Below are positions 13,280 through 22,445 of a stretch of DNA of 32,000 nucleotides, piece after piece. Position numbers and translations under genes: made by a program. Numbering within the stretch: position 1 is the stretch's first letter; the number at the start of each line of letters is the position of its first letter. The DNA comes from Synechococcus sp. A15-24 (GTDB lineage Bacteria; Cyanobacteriota; Cyanobacteriia; PCC-6307; Cyanobiaceae). The stretch spans positions 1,950,001 through 1,982,000 of the forward strand of contig NZ_CP047960.1 in the NCBI RefSeq assembly GCF_014280195.1. The letters run 5' to 3'. The notes under the pieces are model-generated. The model saw only the letters and a program-made list of their open reading frames with translations, did not search any database and was not told the DNA's origin.

Positions 13280-14623
13280 TTAGGGACTTTTTCCTAGTCC
13301 ACCGAGCACGGAGGCCACGATGTCAGCCGCCCCATGAACAATCCGAACCGGAACCGGAAGCTGGGCGCGCAGCTCCTCCAGGCTCATGTCGTCAAGGAAC
13401 ACCGGCTGGCCCTGCCGCAGCATCACCGACGGCAAGAGCAGCTCATCCCCGAGATCCAGCCCGGCCAAACCACTCAACAGGTCTTCTCCCGTGAGCAGAC
13501 CGGTCACCACCTGATCCTGCCCCCAATAGGGACTGGGCAAGCCCTGCAACTGGAGATCAACCCCTTCAACACGATTGAGGCGGTCGCAGACCGGACGCAA
13601 CGCCGATGCCACAATGCGACCAACCACCCAGCTGCAACGGCGCGGTTGTTGGATCCGTTGCGGCAGATCCTGGGTGGCCTGATCCAACGCCTCGAGAAAG
13701 GCCCGGATGGTGCCCACGCCGTTTTCCTGCTGGGGAAGGTCTTCGTAGTCAGTTCGTGGCGGCAGGGCTTGCCCAGCCATCAGGTACCACTCATCCGACA
13801 ACCAAGCAAAACGGCTGCCGAGGCGCGCCTGAAACTGTTTCTGCCAAGCCTCCACCTGGGCTATCACGGTGCGGGCGCAGGCGGGATCCACCGGACGCAA
13901 CCCACCATCCGGCGGGCGAAAACGGGTCAACCCCACGGGCACAACAGCAGCTGACAGCACCGCTGGCCACTCGCCTTCGGCAAAGCGGGCCAGGTCCTGC
14001 AGGCTGCGATCCAACGCGGCACCGTCGTTGATGCCGGGACAAACCACCACCTGGGCATGGATCTGAAGATCCCGTTCGGCAAACCAGGCCAATTGCTGCA
14101 TCAGCAGTCCGGCCCGAGGATTCACCAGCAACCGTTCCCGCAACTCAGGCTCCGTGGCATGCACAGAGACATACAGAGGTGACAGTCGCTGCTCGTCGAT
14201 GCGCTGCCAGTCGGCATCCGTGAGGTTGGTCAGGGTCAGATAGGACCCGTACAGAAAACTGAGCCTGAAGTCGTCGTCCTTGAGGTAAAGGCTGTCGCGG
14301 TGGCCTGGGGGCTGCTGATCGATGAAGCAGAACGGGCAGTGGTTGTTGCACTGCCGCAGCCCATCAAAGAGCGCTTCGGTGAAGGCCAGACCCAGGCCGT
14401 CGTCGGCGTCCTTCTCCAGATCCACCTGATGGAGAACACCGGCGGCATCGCGCACCTCAAGGTGCAGGTCTTCCTCGACGCAGAGGTAGCGGTAATCAAT
14501 CAGGTCCCGCGGCCGGATGCCATTAATGCTGAGCAGCTGATCGCCAGGTTCAAACCCCAGGTCCTCGCCGATGGAGCCCGGCTCCACGCTGTCGACCACG
14601 GCCGGCAGGGGCTGGCGGGCCAC
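13280..14623 (-). CDS. DUF512 radical-SAM protein with N-terminal PDZ domain
   Basis: PDZ-like VVDSVEPGSIGEDLGFEPGDQLLSINGI, Cys motif CNNHCPFC (CxxxCxxC), ...SPLYVSVHATEPELRERLL. I chose GTG 14623 (MARQPLPAVVDSV...), with TTG 14677 as the alternative. The track start 14899 would overlap uppP by 197 nt. Confidence 0.8.
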   Translation of the reverse strand: MARQPLPAVVDSVEPGSIGEDLGFEPGDQLLSINGIRPRDLIDYRYLCVEEDLHLEVRDAAGVLHQVDLEKDADDGLGLAFTEALFDGLRQCNNHCPFCFIDQQPPGHRDSLYLKDDDFRLSFLYGSYLTLTNLTDADWQRIDEQRLSPLYVSVHATEPELRERLLVNPRAGLLMQQLAWFAERDLQIHAQVVVCPGINDGAALDRSLQDLARFAEGEWPAVLSAAVVPVGLTRFRPPDGGLRPVDPACARTVIAQVEAWQKQFQARLGSRFAWLSDEWYLMAGQALPPRTDYEDLPQQENGVGTIRAFLEALDQATQDLPQRIQQPRRCSWVVGRIVASALRPVCDRLNRVEGVDLQLQGLPSPYWGQDQVVTGLLTGEDLLSGLAGLDLGDELLLPSVMLRQGQPVFLDDMSLEELRAQLPVPVRIVHGAADIVASVLGGLGKSP

Positions 14624-14702
14624 CGCATCTGGATTGAGGGCCGTGACCGCTACCCCGGCCGAGGGCTCATTCCACAAGGGTCGAACAGACGATGGGTTCC
14701 TT

Positions 14703-15566
14703 TCAGTGTGCGCCGTGGATGGACCACCAGGCCAGGAGGCCCACACCAAAGAGCAGTCGGTAAGCCACAAACAACCAGGTGCTGTGGCGCTGCAGAAACT
14801 TGAGCAGCCAGTCAATCGCCAACCAGGACACCACCGTCGCCGCCAGGATCCCGACGACGAGGGGCAGCGGTCCGGCATCGGCCGTCGCAGCCAGCGCATC
14901 CTTCAGCTCGACGATGCCAGCGATAGTGATCGCCGGAATGCCGAGGAGAAACGAAAAGCGGGCGGCATCGGCCCGCTGCCAGCCATCCAGCAATGACGCG
15001 GTCAGGGTGCTGCCGGAGCGGGAGACCCCTGGGATCAGGGCCAGCACCTGGGCCAGACCGACCAACAGGCCATCGCGTCCAGAAACGTCCGACAACTGCT
15101 TGCGCCGCGGTCCCATCCTTTCAGCGACCGCCAACAGCAACGCCATCACAATCGACACAACGGCAATCGAGGGAACACTGCGCAGCAGCGATGTCTCGTA
15201 GCCCTCATCCCAGAACAGCTTGATCGCCAGCCCAACGGCAAGGATCGGAAGTGTGCCAACCGCCATGGCGATGCCAAGGCGCGCTTCCGGTTCCCGCCAC
15301 TGACCATGGCGAAATGCCTTTGAGATGCCTTGCATCACCTGGGCAAGGTCCCTGCGGAAATAGGCGATCACCGCAACGATGCTGCCCAGTTGAATGGCGG
15401 CCGTCACGGACACGCCAGGGTCCCCCCAGTCCAGTAGCACTGGCACCACCTTCAAATGTGCCGTGCTGCTGATGGGGAGGAATTCCGTCAGTCCCTGCAC
15501 GATGCCAAGCACCAGATCACGCCAACAGGCCTCCCAAAGGCCAAGGGAAGCGGAAGGGTCAGCCAT
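14703..15566 (-). CDS. uppP: Undecaprenyl-diphosphate phosphatase
   Basis: GIVQGLTEFLPISSTAHL and ...PGVSRSGST... are the two BacA/UppP signature motifs. About 8 TM segments. ATG start. Confidence 0.92.
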   Translation of the reverse strand: MADPSASLGLWEACWRDLVLGIVQGLTEFLPISSTAHLKVVPVLLDWGDPGVSVTAAIQLGSIVAVIAYFRRDLAQVMQGISKAFRHGQWREPEARLGIAMAVGTLPILAVGLAIKLFWDEGYETSLLRSVPSIAVVSIVMALLLAVAERMGPRRKQLSDVSGRDGLLVGLAQVLALIPGVSRSGSTLTASLLDGWQRADAARFSFLLGIPAITIAGIVELKDALAATADAGPLPLVVGILAATVVSWLAIDWLLKFLQRHSTWLFVAYRLLFGVGLLAWWSIHGAH

Positions 15567-15647
15567 GCAAACGGACCAGGGGTGAGGACGTTATGTCAGG
15601 CACGGGGCCAGGAGATGTCTTCTAAGGTTTCGAGACTTTCTTGTTAA

Positions 15648-16352
15648 TTGGCGGATTTGATCGGAGGCACCTGGCAACTCACAGCCCCCGATCGGTCCTG
15701 GACCCTGGCGGTGCCTCGTTTGGCGGCAGCCATGGTTGTATTGCCTGTGTTTCTGCAAGCCCCCTGGGTGAGGTTGCACCCCTTTTCCGCCACGCTGTTC
15801 ACTGCGGTGCTGATGGCGGTCGGCATCGTTCTGGGGCAGACCGCAGATCGACAGAAGGCTGAAATCGGCCAGCTTTTGGTGGGATTCAGCGGCAGCTGGT
15901 TGGCCGGTTGCCTGTTCTGGGGTTGGCTGCGAGCCCATCCTCTTTTACACCTGCCGGTGGAGGCCTTCGCATTGCCCCTGGCACTGACTGGACTGAACAG
16001 TCGCTGGAGGCTGGCAGCAGCCTTTTACCTCTCCTCATTGCTGGGGACAGCCTGTACCGACCTGATGATGGCGGTCACCGGAGTGATGCAAACCTGGCCC
16101 ACGGTTGTGATGGCTCCGATCGATCTGGCGCCAGGGCTTCTGCATCAAGCAGGCCTTCAGCTGCTCCATCCCCTGCCGATGCTGCTTCTAGCCCTTGCCG
16201 CAGTGTTGATCCTGGGCCTCGGCCGCAGGTGGAGCCAGATGGGTTCCACCTGGAGCATGGCCGGGGCAGTTTTGGTCACAACGGTTTGGGTGGACGGCCT
16301 GTTTCTGATCACCGCTCTGCTCCAACCAGGCCTCAGCGGCCTGATCGAGTGA
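15648..16352 (+). CDS. Conserved cyanobacterial integral membrane protein (DUF3120-like)
   Basis: About 6 TM segments. ...VLPVFLQAPWVRLHP... resembles DUF3120 as I recall it. TTG start is uncertain. Divergent from uppP across an 81-bp gap. Confidence 0.6.
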   Translation: MADLIGGTWQLTAPDRSWTLAVPRLAAAMVVLPVFLQAPWVRLHPFSATLFTAVLMAVGIVLGQTADRQKAEIGQLLVGFSGSWLAGCLFWGWLRAHPLLHLPVEAFALPLALTGLNSRWRLAAAFYLSSLLGTACTDLMMAVTGVMQTWPTVVMAPIDLAPGLLHQAGLQLLHPLPMLLLALAAVLILGLGRRWSQMGSTWSMAGAVLVTTVWVDGLFLITALLQPGLSGLIE

Positions 16353-16464
16353 AACGAACTGCAAAAGCTCCAGCGCGGGCTTGATCGAGACGGCAGTGAC
16401 ACTTGTAAGGTTCCCTGGCCGGCTCCTGCCGGATAACCCAATCCGATCCCGACGGAGAGCTGAG

Positions 16465-16872
16465 ATGAAGCGGCTGCTGAGCTGGCTGACCGGTGCATTA
16501 CTGATGGCAGGCCTGCTGGCCGGTCTGATCCTTCCCGGAAGCGTTCATGCTGACGAGGACCTGGTTGGCAAGTATTCCGGTAACGAGATCCGCAACATCG
16601 CGGACGACAAGATCGCTGCACGGGAGGGCAAGGTGGACCTCAACAACTCCTCCGTTCGCCGCTTTCAGCAGTTCCCCGGGATGTACCCGACTATGGCCGG
16701 CAAGATCGTGCTTGGCGGCCCCTACAACGACGTTGATGAGGTGCTGAGCCTGGATCTGAGCGAGCGTCAGATCGAATTGTTCAACAAGTACAAGGAAAAT
16801 TTCACGGTGACCCCACCGGAAATTGCCCTGAACGAGGGTGACGATCGGATCAACGACGGTCAATACCGCTGA
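16465..16872 (+). CDS. psbU: Photosystem II 12-kDa extrinsic protein PsbU
   Basis: Internal ATG 16465. MKRLLSWLTGALLMAGLLAGLILPGSVHA signal, then ...KVDLNNSSVRRFQQFPGMYPTMAGKIV.GGPY..VDEVL...L is typical PsbU. The upstream 28 codons of the track ORF were discarded. Confidence 0.92.
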   Translation: MKRLLSWLTGALLMAGLLAGLILPGSVHADEDLVGKYSGNEIRNIADDKIAAREGKVDLNNSSVRRFQQFPGMYPTMAGKIVLGGPYNDVDEVLSLDLSERQIELFNKYKENFTVTPPEIALNEGDDRINDGQYR

Positions 16873-16898
16873 TCGCGCCACAATCAGCCCATCACCCG

Positions 16899-16929
16899 AA
16901 AGCCGTCGGACTACCCGGCGGCTTTTTTT
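16899..16929 (+). terminator. Rho-independent terminator after psbU
   Basis: 8-bp stem GCCGTCGG / CCGGCGGC (16902-16909 / 16915-16922, one G-U) with a 5-nt loop, then TTTTTTT (16923-16929). Confidence 0.75.
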
Positions 16930-16939
16930 GACTGCCTGG

Positions 16940-18589
16940 ATGGACCCTTCCCGCCCGCTTGATGCCATTGATCCCGGCCCCTGGGATGTGGTGGTGGTGG
17001 GTGCCGGGGCAGCGGGTTTGATGACCTGCTTGGAGTTACCAGAGGGGTTGTCGGTATTGCTGCTGAACCGCAATACCGGACGCCGCTCCTCCAGCCGCTG
17101 GGCCCAGGGGGGCATCGCCGCTGTGACCCGCCCTGAAGACTCGGCGGGCAGCCATGCCGACGACACCCTGAACGCCGGCGCTGGCTTATGTGACGGCGAT
17201 GCCGTGCGGTTTTTGGTGGACGCCGCTCCGCGTTGTGTGGATCGCCTCCAGCAGCTGGGGATGGCCTTTGACCGCGACGGCCATGGCCTGGCCACGACCC
17301 TGGAAGCAGCCCACAGCCATCGACGCGTGCTGCATGTGCAGGACCGCACCGGACGCGCCCTTGTGGATGTCCTGCGTGAGCGGGTCGAACAACGGCCCGG
17401 TTTGCTGCACCGCCGAGGCGTGCGGGTCACCAGGCTTGATGTGCAGAACGGCCGCTGTTGTGGGGTGCAAGTGCTTGATGGCCGCCTCCTGCAACACATC
17501 CAGGCCCGCGCCGTAGTGCTGGCCAGCGGCGGCGGTGGACATCTGTTTGCCAACACCACCAATCCGGCCCAGGCCTGCGGAGAGGGCATTGCCCTGGCCT
17601 GGCAAGCCGGTGCAGCGGTAGAAGATCTGGAATTCGTGCAGTTCCATCCCACGGCCCTGCGGCTGGACGATGCCCCCTGCTTCCTGATTTCAGAGGCAGT
17701 GCGCGGGGAAGGCGGGGTGTTGGTGGATGCCCAGGGGGGAAGTCCGGTGGACCACCTGCTGCAACGTGACCTGGCCCCCAGGGATCAGGTGAGTCGGGCC
17801 CTGGTGCAGCGCATGCGGGAGCAGGGCATGGCCCAGATGTGGCTTGATTTTTCCGCCATTCCCCGTGCCCAGGCGGAAGCGCGTTTCCCCACGATTCTCG
17901 ACCGCTGCAGCGAATTCGGACTCAACCCCCTCGAACGGCCAATCCCTGTTGCGCCTGCGGCGCATTACTGGATGGGCGGTGTCGCAACGGATCTACAAGC
18001 CGCGACAGACCTTCCCGGCCTCTACGCCGTTGGCGAGGTGGCCTGCACTGGGGTCCATGGCGCCAACCGGCTGGCCAGCAACTCCCTGATGGAATGCCTC
18101 GTGTTCGCCCATCGCCTGGCGGAGATCGACCTGGGGCCTGCCATCAAGCCGTCGAACCCTGCCCCGCCGCAGGCTTACGGGCAAGCACTGGAGGGAGCGA
18201 TCACCAGCGCGGGGTTGATGGAGCAGATCGAGCAGCTGCGCCTGTTCTGCTGGCAACGGGCTGGCGTGGACCGCAGTGGACGCCGGCTCAACGCCGGCCT
18301 GGATCACTTGCGCTGCGAGCTGGAACGCCTGGATCAACAACCCTTGCTGAACTGTCTGCAGCGGGATGCTTTGTTGCTCGATGACAGCAGTCGCCGCGAT
18401 CTGAATCTGCTGCTGGATCTTCGCCACCGCCTGGTGACCAGCCGGCTGATGCTGGAGGCTTGCCTGTTTCGCCAGGAGAGCAGGGGAGGACATTTCCGCA
18501 CGGATGCCCCGTCACCACAGCCCCAGTGGCAATGCCACTCGCGTCAGAGCCAAGCCCGGGGTCTCCACACCCGGGCTGTTCGCCCTTGA
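16940..18589 (+). CDS. nadB: L-aspartate oxidase
   Basis: ATG 16940 gives MDPSRP...WDVVVVGAGAAGL (FAD dinucleotide fold), ...SSRWAQGGIAA..., ...FHPT..., RGEGG and HGANRLASNSLLE-like motifs. Confidence 0.92.
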   Translation: MDPSRPLDAIDPGPWDVVVVGAGAAGLMTCLELPEGLSVLLLNRNTGRRSSSRWAQGGIAAVTRPEDSAGSHADDTLNAGAGLCDGDAVRFLVDAAPRCVDRLQQLGMAFDRDGHGLATTLEAAHSHRRVLHVQDRTGRALVDVLRERVEQRPGLLHRRGVRVTRLDVQNGRCCGVQVLDGRLLQHIQARAVVLASGGGGHLFANTTNPAQACGEGIALAWQAGAAVEDLEFVQFHPTALRLDDAPCFLISEAVRGEGGVLVDAQGGSPVDHLLQRDLAPRDQVSRALVQRMREQGMAQMWLDFSAIPRAQAEARFPTILDRCSEFGLNPLERPIPVAPAAHYWMGGVATDLQAATDLPGLYAVGEVACTGVHGANRLASNSLMECLVFAHRLAEIDLGPAIKPSNPAPPQAYGQALEGAITSAGLMEQIEQLRLFCWQRAGVDRSGRRLNAGLDHLRCELERLDQQPLLNCLQRDALLLDDSSRRDLNLLLDLRHRLVTSRLMLEACLFRQESRGGHFRTDAPSPQPQWQCHSRQSQARGLHTRAVRP

Positions 18590-18603
18590 GCAGGGCCTGC
18601 TCA
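18587..18603. terminator. Short hairpin between convergent nadB and VKOR genes
   Basis: TGAGCAG-GGC-CTGCTCA, a perfect 7-bp stem that begins with the nadB stop codon. No T-run on either side, so terminator function is doubtful. Confidence 0.25.
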
Positions 18604-18607
18604 GGGC

Positions 18608-19537
18608 TCAGAACTCGCGGTCGCCCTGATAACCGCTTAGGTCTGCCAACACCTCGAGGGGCTTCACACCGGAATCAAGTTCACCGTTGATCTCCCAGCT
18701 GGGGAAACCCTCAAGACCTTTGCTGCGGCAGAGGTCGGCCTGGTTGTTGCGGCCATCGGGCGCGCACTCCACCACCTTCAGCTGTTCGGAGGCCTCCTTG
18801 CCGAACAACTCCTTCTGCTCGTGGCAATGGGGGCACCAGTAGGCCGAATACATCACCGCTCCGGAGGCGGTGAGATGGTCCGCCAGTGCCTGTGTTGCCG
18901 GGGAACTGGCGGTGGTCACCACTGGAGCAACGCCTGGCCCCGTGGCCGTGGCTTCCGGCCGGTCTGGATCGACAACGGAGGCCCAGATCAGGCCCCCCAG
19001 CAGCACCGCCAGGGCCAGAAGAATGCCTCGAAAAATCAACTGCCCAGGGTCATCCCAGCCACCGCCGATCACCGACAGCAGAAACAGGCTGAGCGAGAGA
19101 ACGGCGGACAGAACGCAGAAGAAGCAGAAGGCCTGGATCTTGATCACCATCAGGCCCAGCAACACGCCGCTGAACACCGCCATCCCCAGGGAGACGCTGA
19201 ACATTCCCCACCAGGTTCGGCGGGAGAGATCGCTCTTGTTTTCCTGCAGACCCGGCAGCAGCGGCAACAGCGCCATCACCAGAACAGCGATGTAGGCCAG
19301 CAGTCCGACAAACGACAGCGGGATGCCGGCCGCCACGGTGCCCCAGGGGCTGTTGAGCACCTTGTCGCAACCGTCGGCACCCATCGGGCAGCTGAGGTTG
19401 CCCAGCAATCCCCACCGCTTGAGGGTGATCGAGCCGGTGTCGATCACACCGACGGTGGCGAACACCGCCATGGCGATGCGGGCCCACTTGGCACCGGCAT
19501 CTTGACGGCGACGACTGACCAGACGGGTGGTGCCCAT
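18608..19537 (-). CDS. Vitamin K epoxide reductase homologue fused to a thioredoxin-like domain
   Basis: Internal ATG 19537 (MGTTRLVS...). Loop cysteines CPMGADGC, membrane CFFC (CxxC), C-terminal Trx-like WCPHC. The track start 19702 would run across the rimO start. Confidence 0.85.
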   Translation of the reverse strand: MGTTRLVSRRRQDAGAKWARIAMAVFATVGVIDTGSITLKRWGLLGNLSCPMGADGCDKVLNSPWGTVAAGIPLSFVGLLAYIAVLVMALLPLLPGLQENKSDLSRRTWWGMFSVSLGMAVFSGVLLGLMVIKIQAFCFFCVLSAVLSLSLFLLSVIGGGWDDPGQLIFRGILLALAVLLGGLIWASVVDPDRPEATATGPGVAPVVTTASSPATQALADHLTASGAVMYSAYWCPHCHEQKELFGKEASEQLKVVECAPDGRNNQADLCRSKGLEGFPSWEINGELDSGVKPLEVLADLSGYQGDREF

Positions 19538-19604
19538 CCATTCCCTATCGAGTGGCTGAATTCTGTCAGTTCTGACGAAAACAGTCCTCTCCGTAGGGTG
19601 ATGA

Positions 19605-20999
19605 ATGGCAGGCGGCGCAGTGATGACAAGCACCCCGACGAAACCAACGGTCGCGTTCGCCCACCTGGGCTGCGAAAAGAACCGTGTGGACACAGAACAC
19701 ATGGTGGGTTTGCTGGCACAGGCCGGCTACGGCGTCAGCACCAACGAAGACGATGCGGCTGTGGTGGTGGTGAACACCTGCAGCTTCATTCAGGACGCCC
19801 GCGAGGAATCGGTGCGCACCCTGGTGGGCCTGGCAGAACAGGGCAAGGAACTGGTCATTGCCGGCTGTCTGGCCCAGCATTTTCAGGATGAACTGCTCGA
19901 ATCGATTCCTGAAGCGAAGGCGATCGTTGGCACCGGCGACTACCAACACATCGTGGAGGTGCTGCAGCGGGTGGAGGCCGGCGAGCGAGTGAACCGCGTC
20001 AGCGCCGTGCCCACCTTTGTGGGGGATGAACACCTGCCGCGTCAGCGCACCACGGACCAGGCGGTGGCGTTCATCAAGGTGGCGGAGGGCTGCGACTACC
20101 GCTGCGCCTTCTGCATCATTCCCAAGCTGCGGGGCGACCAACGCAGCCGACCGATCGAATCGATCGTGGCCGAAGCGCACCAACTGGCGGAGCAGGGGGT
20201 GCAGGAGCTGATCCTGATCAGCCAGATCACCACCAACTACGGCCTTGATCTCTACGGCAAGCCAAAGCTGGCGGAACTCCTGCGGGCCCTGGGGGAGGTG
20301 GAGATCCCCTGGATCCGCGTGCACTACGCCTACCCGACGGGGCTGACCCCAGAGGTGCTGGCGGCATACCGGGAGGTGCCCAATGTGTTGCCCTATCTGG
20401 ATCTGCCGCTGCAGCACAGCCACCCGCAGGTGCTGCGGGCGATGAACCGCCCCTGGCAGGCGGATGTGAACGACCGGCTGCTGGATCAGATCCGCGACCA
20501 GCTCCCCGACGCGGTGTTGCGCACCACTTTGATCGTGGGCTTTCCGGGCGAAACGGACGAGCACTTCCAGCACCTGATGGAGTTTCTGAGGCGCCAACGC
20601 TTCGACCACGTTGGGGTGTTCACCTTCTCGCCGGAGGACGGCACCGCCGCTGCTGAGCTGCCTAACCCGGTGGATCCCGACGTCGCCCAGGCCCGCAAGG
20701 ACGCCCTGATGGCGCTGCAGCAACCCATTTCCGCCGAACGCAACCACAGCTGGGTGGGCCGCACCGTGGACGTATTGATCGAGCAGCACAACCCCCAGAC
20801 CGGGCAGATGATTGGCCGTTGCGCCCGCTTTGCGCCGGAGGTGGATGGGGAGGTGCAGGTGCAGCCTGGAGAGGACGGCCAGCAGGCCGCCCCCGGCACG
20901 CTGGTGCCGGTGCAGATCATGGGTGCCGACATCTACGACCTAAGCGGACGGATCGTGGGAGCCCGCGCCATGGTGGCGGCAATCAGAACCGACGCTTGA
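19605..20999 (+). CDS. rimO: Ribosomal protein S12 methylthiotransferase
   Basis: [16 protein letters not shown]...VVNTCSFI (UPF0004 domain), radical [11 protein letters not shown], and a C-terminal TRAM domain. ATG 19605 or ATG 19623 are both possible starts. Confidence 0.92.
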   Translation: MAGGAVMTSTPTKPTVAFAHLGCEKNRVDTEHMVGLLAQAGYGVSTNEDDAAVVVVNTCSFIQDAREESVRTLVGLAEQGKELVIAGCLAQHFQDELLESIPEAKAIVGTGDYQHIVEVLQRVEAGERVNRVSAVPTFVGDEHLPRQRTTDQAVAFIKVAEGCDYRCAFCIIPKLRGDQRSRPIESIVAEAHQLAEQGVQELILISQITTNYGLDLYGKPKLAELLRALGEVEIPWIRVHYAYPTGLTPEVLAAYREVPNVLPYLDLPLQHSHPQVLRAMNRPWQADVNDRLLDQIRDQLPDAVLRTTLIVGFPGETDEHFQHLMEFLRRQRFDHVGVFTFSPEDGTAAAELPNPVDPDVAQARKDALMALQQPISAERNHSWVGRTVDVLIEQHNPQTGQMIGRCARFAPEVDGEVQVQPGEDGQQAAPGTLVPVQIMGADIYDLSGRIVGARAMVAAIRTDA

Positions 21000-22225
21000 G
21001 CGCTTCCCCCCTTCGCCTGGACCAGCAACGCAGCCTGTTCCTGGTGGTGTCTGGCATCAGCACCGCAGGCTCCTTCGCCGGCATCACCGCCAAGGGCTGG
21101 ATCCTGCTGCATGGCAGCGCCGACCCTTTCGTGCTGGCCTTGAACTTTGCAGCTTTATCACTCCCCAGCCTGTTGATCAGCGGTCCTGCCGGGGTGCGTA
21201 CCGACCGTTTGGGCTGCGAAACGGTGCTCGTGCGAGCGCAATGGGGGCTGTTGGCCGCCGCTGCCCTGGGGGCCCTCTCGGTCCCGTTGCTGGAAGGAAC
21301 AGCCCAGGTGCTGCTGCTGTTGGGCAGCACCTTGATGGTGGGCATCGCCGGCGCCTTCGAGCTAACCGCGCGCAATAAGTACTGCTCCCTGCTGGTGGAG
21401 GAGCCCAAGCAGCTGGCGGGATACCTCACCAGCTTTTCGGTGGTGTTCAACGTGGGCAAGTTGGTGGGGCCTCCGATCGGCGGATGGCTGGTGGCCATGG
21501 CTGGACCGGCATGGGCCCTGGGCATTGACGCCGCCAGTTACCTGCTGCCGATCGCCAGCGTGGTGTTCCTGCTGCAGCCACGCCGGGACATGGAACAACG
21601 CAGCCGTGGTGATGGCGATGCCACGTTGCTAACGGCTTGGAAGGATTGCGGATCCACCCTGCGGGGGGTTCTGACCCTCACCGCTGTGCTTTGCATGGTG
21701 AACTTCTTTCACCCGGGCCTGGCTCCACTGATCGCAGATCAGGTGCTGGGGCCGGATCCACGGGATCTAGGGCTGTTCACCAGTGTGCTGGCGGCCGGCA
21801 GCATCGCCGGCGGCATCGTGCTGCAACGCTGCAGCGCCAGCTTCAGCCGGCGACCATTCCTGACGCTGGGCTGCTTTGGACTGATCACAGCGATCGCCCA
21901 GCTGGGCATGGCGGGGAGCTCAAGCATTGGCGTGAGCTTGAGCATGGCCTTCGCGATCGGTGCTGGAACCGCTGGACTGCTGAGCAGTTGCAACCTCATC
22001 ACGCAGATCGGAGCGCCTCAGGTAATGCGCGGGCGGATGGCCGGTTTGAGCCAGATCGCGTTTCTTGGCGGCGGTGGCATCAGCGGACTGCTGGCGGCCT
22101 TGCTGGTGATGGCCACCAGCCTGTCCACCACCTTTGCCCTGACCGGCGGAATCGGCGCTGTGCTGGCGCTGCTCTGGATCCGCCGACGGGGGGGGACGGT
22201 GCTGGAGCCGCTCAGATCAGCTTGA
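20996..22225 (+). CDS. MFS transporter
   Basis: About 12 TM segments and an MFS motif A-like GVRTDRLG. I chose TTG 20996 ([20 protein letters not shown]...), which overlaps the rimO stop (TTGA). The track start 20819 lies inside rimO. Confidence 0.7.
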   Translation: MSASPLRLDQQRSLFLVVSGISTAGSFAGITAKGWILLHGSADPFVLALNFAALSLPSLLISGPAGVRTDRLGCETVLVRAQWGLLAAAALGALSVPLLEGTAQVLLLLGSTLMVGIAGAFELTARNKYCSLLVEEPKQLAGYLTSFSVVFNVGKLVGPPIGGWLVAMAGPAWALGIDAASYLLPIASVVFLLQPRRDMEQRSRGDGDATLLTAWKDCGSTLRGVLTLTAVLCMVNFFHPGLAPLIADQVLGPDPRDLGLFTSVLAAGSIAGGIVLQRCSASFSRRPFLTLGCFGLITAIAQLGMAGSSSIGVSLSMAFAIGAGTAGLLSSCNLITQIGAPQVMRGRMAGLSQIAFLGGGGISGLLAALLVMATSLSTTFALTGGIGAVLALLWIRRRGGTVLEPLRSA

Positions 22226-22304
22226 TTCCCTTGAGCAGTTTGGTGAGCACAAAAGCGACCACCAGACCGGATCCAACCAGGCCGAGATAGATGCCAACGC
22301 CCAT
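22212..22304 (-). CDS. Possible 30-aa single-TM peptide
   Basis: Not in the track (too short). ATG 22304 to TGA 22212 gives [30 protein letters not shown], one hydrophobic helix plus a basic tail. Its 3' end overlaps the MFS 3' end by 14 nt. I recognise no family. Confidence 0.3.
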   Translation of the reverse strand: MGVGIYLGLVGSGLVVAFVLTKLLKGIKLI

Positions 22305-22445
22305 GTGCGAGTAAGGAGGTGACCACCATTAGATCAGGCATGGATCAGCTTCCGGGCCATAGCGCTTAGGTTTGTGAACGACTGACACCTGCGTGCGGGT
22401 GACCGTCAACCGGGCCGACCGGATGTTTGACCCTCCACGCCCGAG

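Noticed and set aside
18552-18576. 8-bp inverted repeat AGCCCGGG...CCCGGGCT near the nadB 3' end.
   Set aside because: It lies inside the nadB coding sequence with no T-run. It is most simply a coincidental GC-rich palindrome, and the separate hairpin at the stop codon is already listed with low confidence.
20819-20995. 5' extension of the MFS ORF. Similar 5' extensions occur at 16381..16464 (psbU), 16838..16939 (nadB), 19538..19702 (VKOR), 2851..2895 (DUF2834-like) and 30078..30146 (GST).
   Set aside because: The extensions overlap neighbouring well-supported genes or terminators and lack the signal peptide or N-terminal motifs that appear right after the internal start.
21890-21897. HIP1 palindrome GCGATCGC, also present at 28971..28978.
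   Set aside because: I found only two copies in 32 kb by eye, both inside coding regions. There is no evidence of enrichment or a repeat-element role here.
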